This document shows positions 31,779-33,903 of a DNA stretch of 33,903 bases, piece by piece (within the stretch, counting starts at the first letter, position 1; every line of letters starts with the position of its first letter). The stretch is from Octopus bimaculoides (Eukaryota): contig NC_069000.1 in assembly GCF_001194135.2 (NCBI RefSeq), positions 6,417,949 to 6,451,851 on the forward strand, in the 5' to 3' direction. Made by a program: the position numbers and the translations under genes. The notes beneath the pieces are model-generated. The model was not told the DNA's origin. It searched no databases and saw nothing but the letters and a program-made list of their open reading frames with translations.

Positions 31779-33247
31779 CAAAGGGAGGGGAGAGAGAGTG
31801 AGAATGAGAGAGACAGAGACATACACAGAGCATTCATTCGTTTTATTTTTGCTTTTCTATTTCTTTTTTTTTTTTTTTGCTAGCATGAGTTAGAATAAAT
31901 TACTGAGGCACTATTTTTATGTATGTGTATATGTATATGTGTGTGTCTTCACAATGACATTTGCACACATCTCCTGTAAACAAATGTGTCGAATAATTCA
32001 CCGGTTTCAGTGTGGTTGTTTGACCTGCTAGAAATAACAGTTAAATCTCCTGCAACTTACACATTCTACTTTCTTAAGAGAAAACAAAGGACACGATGAA
32101 TAACATAGTCCAAGATATGTTAGGTCTGAATGAAAGACGAGATGGTCACAGCTGGAACGTCTTTGATCATAGTCTGCTGAATCATGACTGACCCAGGGGA
32201 CAAAACAACAAGAATACACAGAAAACAAAGTCTAACAACATCTCCAACATAAAAGACAGCCATATTCTACAAAGTTCCTGCGAGTCTAAAACAAGACAGA
32301 CATGTTACCTATTTGAATGAAATAGCCACGGAAGCCAACGGTACAACTTCCAACACCACCAGTTCTTGTGCTTACGATGATTTCTCCCTTTCCTTTACCG
32401 GGGCCGGTACGAGCCACAATTTTACTCGAAGTCTTCCATTCTGCTGATAACAGGCAGTCGACACCACAAATCTTTAAACCTGAAAATACAAAACAACAGG
32501 AGTTAGAAATTAACTCGGGAGTCTTGGAGAATTAGTAAAGAGGTGTGTAATAGGGGGTATGTAAGGGTATATATAAAAGATAATGACTGGAGTGTATGTA
32601 TATTAACCTTTTTCAGCATTCAGATTTCTGTCAAATGTAATGCTTATTTATTCACATTGGTTTTGAATTCATCATACATTAACTTGTAGCTTTGATTTCA
32701 ATGATGTGATATGCTTTGCTTTAGAACGACAATGTAGGTTAGGTGTGAGAGGCTGGACATAGCCAATTGGAACATAAAACAGATTATTTGGCCAGTTTAT
32801 ATGGTAGATTATACAGCCATTTTAAATGCTAAAGGGACAAAGGTAGGAAAGAGGCGATGGTGACCAAGGTTAAAGATAATGAGAACACCCCAGTGCTACA
32901 GAACACCCCAGTGTTCATTTGCAGCATTCCATTTTCCAAAGAAGGAAATGTTCCAGGAACTGGAGTGTTCCTAGAACATTCCATTTCCCAAAATGGTCCC
33001 TGAAATATGAATGTTCCCTGGGACAAGAAGATTCTATTCACCAGAATGATTCCCTGGAACCTTCCATTCTCCAAAACATTCCAGAATGATTACCAAGATA
33101 AGAAAAACAACAATTAAAATTAAAAACAGGCTTACCAACAAGGTCTTTAGCATCATGTCCCAGGTTTTCACCTCTGATTGTGATCCTTGTTCCAGGAGGA
33201 CCCTCCTTAGGGGACACACCAGTCACCAATGGTGGAGGGATGGGCAT
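7712..33247 (-). CDS. EXOC2: Exocyst complex component 2 (Sec5), 28 coding exons, 2724 nt / 907 aa
   Basis: Hand-spliced exons with GT-AG sites and consistent phases give one open frame. It contains [30 protein letters not shown] (IPT/TIG domain), [44 protein letters not shown] and [12 protein letters not shown]...NGALQARLE, and ends [26 protein letters not shown]. These are recognisable Sec5/EXOC2 motifs. Confidence 0.97.
7900..8380. repeat. Purine-rich (GAA/GGA) low-complexity tract in last intron
   Basis: Direct inspection; source of the spurious F/S/L-rich and K/E-rich ORFs. Confidence 0.9.
8940..9330 (+). mobile_element. Decayed Penelope-like element, GIY-YIG endonuclease 3' region
   Basis: Frameshifted translation KSLVYE...[13 protein letters not shown]...[12 protein letters not shown]...FNISW...[13 protein letters not shown] resembles the Penelope pattern IVY..YIG...FK.R..H...ST.LS.YIW.LK...I.W...C.LC..EK..I. 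Confidence 0.7.
10225..10420 (+). mobile_element. SINE family B copy (diverged)
   Basis: gtgccacataaaaagcacccagtacactctgtagagtggttagtgttaagaagggcgtccagctgtagaaaccatgcc... Confidence 0.82.
11900..12310. mobile_element. Composite SINE region: family C head fragment (+) followed by a C+D element (-)
   Basis: Antisense C head cttgcccaaggtgccacgcagtgagattgaactc and D body atgctcttcctatcaccaa..., both recurring at 16435 and 27330. Confidence 0.7.
12610..12730. repeat. (GGTA)n-like tetranucleotide tract; (GACA)n-like tract at 12345-12440
   Basis: Direct inspection. Confidence 0.75.
13051..13259 (-). mobile_element. Young SINE family B copy with (CAT)n tail, truncated by gap
   Basis: Nearly exact reverse complement of 1-143. 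Confidence 0.9.
13500..13915. repeat. GA-rich minisatellite with (T)GATATCAC core
   Basis: About 13 cores (gatatcacact/gatatcacatg) at roughly 30-40 bp spacing. Confidence 0.85.
13959..14012 (-). CDS. EXOC2: EXOC2 exon 27 (54 nt, 2-2)
   Basis: [17 protein letters not shown]; aatttcag / gtaagt. Confidence 0.88.
14315..14376 (-). CDS. EXOC2: EXOC2 exon 26 (62 nt, 0-2)
   Basis: [20 protein letters not shown]; aatttcag / gtaagt. Confidence 0.95.
14670..14980 (+). mobile_element. SINE family B variant
   Basis: taaaagcactcattacactcttggagtggttggtattaggaaaggcatccagctgtagaaaccatgccaaatcagactggag. Confidence 0.82.
15256..15378 (-). CDS. EXOC2: EXOC2 exon 25 (123 nt, 0-0)
   Basis: [41 protein letters not shown]; cttctcag / CAG|gtgagc. 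Confidence 0.97.
15790..15978 (+). mobile_element. SINE family E body and tail
   Basis: cgcttgacaac...gaccgatagaataagtac...ggtgctccagcatggcc.gagtcaaatgactgaaac; recurs reversed at 26165 and partially at 15160, 18770 and 21040. Confidence 0.8.
16000..16110 (-). mobile_element. SINE family C head fragment
   Basis: gaagac/gagacacttgcccaaagtaccacgcagtgggatggaaccc. Confidence 0.7.
16178..16233 (-). CDS. EXOC2: EXOC2 exon 24 (56 nt, 1-0)
   Basis: [18 protein letters not shown]; ctcttttaaag / gtaagt. Confidence 0.96.
16435..16785 (-). mobile_element. SINE C+D composite
   Basis: D body, then (CA)-rich linker, then antisense tRNA-like/CORE-like head. Confidence 0.8.
17000..17141 (-). CDS. EXOC2: EXOC2 exon 23 (142 nt, 0-1)
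   Basis: [47 protein letters not shown]; aactacag / gtaagc. Confidence 0.97.
17420..17570 (+). mobile_element. SINE family C head (tRNA-like plus CORE-like ccttgagcaagtgtct); family G fragment (-) at about 17235-17410
   Basis: A/B-box-like tgtggcaag...ggttcagtccc; the CCTTG(G/A)GCAAGT motif recalls MIR-type CORE. Confidence 0.8.
17586..17702 (-). CDS. EXOC2: EXOC2 exon 22 (117 nt, 0-0)
   Basis: [39 protein letters not shown]; attctgtag / gtaaat. Confidence 0.96.
17925..18400 (+). mobile_element. Two tandem SINE family A copies with different tails (17925-18160, 18175-18400)
   Basis: ggcagaatcgttagc...gagttcaaattc...; tails ccttgtgccaaaatt and ctttgtgcctcgagtagaaaag, each followed by (ATT)n. 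Confidence 0.88.
18595..18628 (-). CDS. EXOC2: EXOC2 exon 21 (34 nt, 2-0)
   Basis: [11 protein letters not shown]; ttttttttttcag / gtaagt; phase required to join exon 22. Confidence 0.82.
19099..19223 (-). CDS. EXOC2: EXOC2 exon 20 (125 nt, 0-2)
   Basis: [41 protein letters not shown]; atttccag / gttagt. Confidence 0.9.
19642..19860 (+). mobile_element. SINE family A copy with third tail type and 15-bp TSD
   Basis: TSD taaatatattatata at 19627-19641 and 19861-19875. Confidence 0.9.
20080..20163 (-). CDS. EXOC2: EXOC2 exon 19 (84 nt, 0-0)
   Basis: [28 protein letters not shown]; caattccag / GAG|gtaaat. Confidence 0.92.
20460..20813. mobile_element. hAT-type MITE
   Basis: TIR cagtgtttctaaacc / ggttgagaaacact; flanks ctctgcag / ctctacaa (6/8, degenerate 8-bp TSD); internal segment repeated at 23940-24000. 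Confidence 0.75.
20893..20966 (-). CDS. EXOC2: EXOC2 exon 18 (74 nt, 1-0)
   Basis: [24 protein letters not shown]; atttttag / gtaagt. Confidence 0.94.
21110..21420 (-). mobile_element. Possible decayed RTE-like LINE 3' fragment
   Basis: Weak translated echoes (RRLRGP...IDE...TDRER) of the RTE R.RGRP..W.D...DR..W C-terminus. Confidence 0.3.
21624..21745 (-). CDS. EXOC2: EXOC2 exon 17 (122 nt, 2-1)
   Basis: [40 protein letters not shown]; ccccttcag / gtgagt. Confidence 0.95.
21800..21930. repeat. (GAT)/(GGT) trinucleotide low-complexity tract
   Basis: Direct inspection. Confidence 0.85.
22040..22250. repeat. Interspersed repeat family F; related copies at about 19270-19400, 29070-29270 and 31990-32240
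   Basis: Shared tgtagtcctagata / tcttaa(a/g) / ctgatcatag / gacctgctagaaatag-like blocks. Confidence 0.65.
22379..22548 (-). CDS. EXOC2: EXOC2 exon 16 (170 nt, 0-2)
   Basis: [56 protein letters not shown]; tctcacag / gtaaat. Confidence 0.95.
22845..23075 (+). mobile_element. SINE family G (tRNA-like head); fragments at 27100-27180 (-) and 33512-33577 (+)
   Basis: catggcttagtggttaggg (A-box), ggtttcaaatcc (B-box), tgtgttcttgagcaaaacactt. Confidence 0.75.
23150..23435 (-). mobile_element. SINE family B segment with four internal ~65-bp tandem units
   Basis: Units tttttacgtgccacc.gcac...gccagt...actggcaacg...gctc. Confidence 0.8.
23598..23648 (-). CDS. EXOC2: EXOC2 exon 15 (51 nt, 0-0)
   Basis: [17 protein letters not shown]; ctgcttcag / AAG|gtaaag. 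Confidence 0.85.
24360..24487 (-). CDS. EXOC2: EXOC2 exon 14 (128 nt, 1-0)
   Basis: [42 protein letters not shown]; gttgcag / gtaagt. Confidence 0.96.
24743..24784 (-). CDS. EXOC2: EXOC2 exon 13 (42 nt, 1-1, variable linker)
   Basis: [13 protein letters not shown]; ttttcttgccag / gtgagt. Supported by splice signals and phase only; no recognisable homology. Confidence 0.62.
24890..24973 (-). CDS. EXOC2: EXOC2 exon 12 (84 nt, 1-1, variable linker)
   Basis: [27 protein letters not shown]; strong donor gtaagt, atypical purine-rich acceptor cttggaaaaag; open and in phase. Confidence 0.75.
25119..25231 (-). CDS. EXOC2: EXOC2 exon 11 (113 nt, 2-1)
   Basis: [37 protein letters not shown]; cccctgtag / weak donor gtagtt. 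Confidence 0.92.
25746..25848 (-). CDS. EXOC2: EXOC2 exon 10 (103 nt, 1-2)
   Basis: [33 protein letters not shown]; cttctcggcag / gtaag. Confidence 0.96.
26165..26555 (-). mobile_element. SINE C+E composite
   Basis: Antisense C head 26400-26555 joined through (CA)n to antisense E body. Confidence 0.82.
26695..26776 (-). CDS. EXOC2: EXOC2 exon 9 (82 nt, 0-1)
   Basis: [27 protein letters not shown]; ctttcag / gtaaac. Confidence 0.96.
27330..27815. mobile_element. SINE C+D (-, about 27330-27660) followed by the 3' part of a D/B-type copy (+, about 27670-27815)
   Basis: Same blocks as 16435-16785 in both orientations; ends gatgttaaatgatgat. Confidence 0.75.
27838..27983 (-). CDS. EXOC2: EXOC2 exon 8 (146 nt, 1-0)
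   Basis: [48 protein letters not shown]; attttcag / gtaagt. Confidence 0.98.
28164..28379 (-). mobile_element. SINE family A copy with perfect 17-bp TSD
   Basis: TSD taaaagactaagatatt at 28147-28163 and 28380-28396. Confidence 0.93.
28423..28494 (-). CDS. EXOC2: EXOC2 exon 7 (72 nt, 1-1)
   Basis: [23 protein letters not shown]; gttttcag / gtaagt. Confidence 0.9.
28866..28990 (-). CDS. EXOC2: EXOC2 exon 6 (125 nt, 2-1)
   Basis: [41 protein letters not shown]; ttttcag / gtatga. Confidence 0.95.
29341..29410 (-). CDS. EXOC2: EXOC2 exon 5 (70 nt, 1-2)
   Basis: [22 protein letters not shown]; ttcttctag / gtaaga. Confidence 0.96.
30570..30613 (-). CDS. EXOC2: EXOC2 exon 4 (44 nt, 2-1)
   Basis: [14 protein letters not shown]; tttttccag / gtaagt; phases bridge exons 3 and 5. 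Confidence 0.92.
31320..31455 (-). CDS. EXOC2: EXOC2 exon 3 (136 nt, 1-2)
   Basis: [44 protein letters not shown]; aaacag / gtaagt. Confidence 0.95.
31490..31520 (-). mobile_element. Solo Tc1/mariner-type TIR embedded at the edge of a (TA)n tract
   Basis: Reverse complement reads ta-cagggtggcccaaaagtaggtttacagtt. Confidence 0.55.
31570..31730 (-). repeat. Penelope-LTR-like repeat with degenerate hammerhead-like core; related motif at 29650-29800 (+)
   Basis: Reverse strand ttt-CTGtcaaa-GAGCgtcgGCTC-GAAA-cgta. Confidence 0.4.
32309..32479 (-). CDS. EXOC2: EXOC2 exon 2 (171 nt, phase 1-1)
   Basis: [56 protein letters not shown]; ttttcag / gtaaca. Confidence 0.96.
33136..33247 (-). CDS. EXOC2: EXOC2 coding exon 1 (112 nt coding; acceptor at 33268 gives 20 nt of 5'UTR, implying an upstream non-coding exon)
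   Basis: [37 protein letters not shown](G); tttatttcag acceptor, G|gtaag donor. Confidence 0.95.
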
Positions 33248-33578
33248 GGCTGGAACTGTTTAAAAACCTGAAATAAACAAGCAAAGAAATAAACATTAAA
33301 TAATGTTTTCATGAAATCAGAAATGAAATTTACATGGTGTAGAGGGTAATGTTTTACCTAAATAAGTAATGAACCTATAAATTGTGAGTTCTAGCTCAGT
33401 TGGTTCTGATTGACTGACATGGAACTTTTTTTCCAAGTTAGATTGTGAGGGATGGACCACAGAACAGCTGTTCTCTAACACCTTTCATTGTTTTGTAATT
33501 TCATATATAAGACCAAGGTGCATGGCTTAACGGTTAGGATATTCGGTTCACGATCGCAATGTATCCTTGAGCAAGACT

Positions 33579-33830
33579 AGATGGCGGCCACACGCGCCAC
33601 TACAATGTCTCCCCCCACCCCGAGTGCATAGCACAAAACAAGGAAAGATTGTAGAGGCGCGGAAACAAGATGGCCGCCGAACCCAGAAAACATGGCTAAA
33701 ATTATACAATGAAAAAGCAAAAATTGTTTTGTTAAAACAAAGAATGACAAGCTCAATAAATTTGCAAAGCAATGCTGTGTCGGATGCAGTAACGGAAGCA
33801 AAACTTTTGCATCCGACACGATGTGAGTAA
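33579..33830. promoter_or_regulatory. CpG-rich candidate core promoter region (possibly bidirectional)
   Basis: Local CpG enrichment in an otherwise CpG-poor window, about 330 nt upstream of the EXOC2 ATG. YY1-like AGATGGCGGC (33579) and AAGATGGC (33667); ETS-like CGGAAA/CGGAAG (33660, 33793); plus-strand donor-like GTGAGT at 33823. Confidence 0.45.
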
Positions 33831-33903
33831 GAAAAAGGTTCTGTTCACCATGAAAAGCTCAGCCAGACCTAGAGATAAAGGGTCTGTGTGAAAGAAAGTT
33901 GCA

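Noticed and set aside
33567-33830. 87-aa plus-strand ORF as a complete gene
   Set aside because: It starts inside a SINE-G fragment and has no recognisable domain. Only its last 26 codons are considered, as a possible first exon.

Overview
AT-rich, microsatellite- and SINE-dense animal genomic DNA with five N-gaps. The repeat landscape looks like an Octopus-type cephalopod scaffold (inference). The window holds one nearly complete minus-strand gene, exocyst complex component 2 (EXOC2/Sec5). I traced 28 GT-AG coding exons by hand from ATG 33247 to TAA 7712; the phases chain into 2724 nt (907 aa) with an N-terminal IPT/TIG Ral-binding domain. The rest is introns and 3' flank filled with tRNA-derived SINEs of several modular families, mariner/hAT/Tigger-type MITEs, decayed LINE relics (R4/Dong-like restriction-like endonuclease, Penelope GIY-YIG, possibly RTE) and minisatellites. 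A CpG-rich, possibly bidirectional promoter lies at the right end. The best leads are splicing-related: an open alternative frame in the last exon reachable by skipping two exons flanked by inverted SINEs, a 24-nt in-frame microexon candidate, a duplicated decoy acceptor, a recursive-splice-like junction and a probable exon hidden in a gap. No prokaryote-type system (CRISPR etc.) is present. Repeat family letters A-G are my own labels, repeat boundaries are approximate, and all homology calls are from recall, not from searches.
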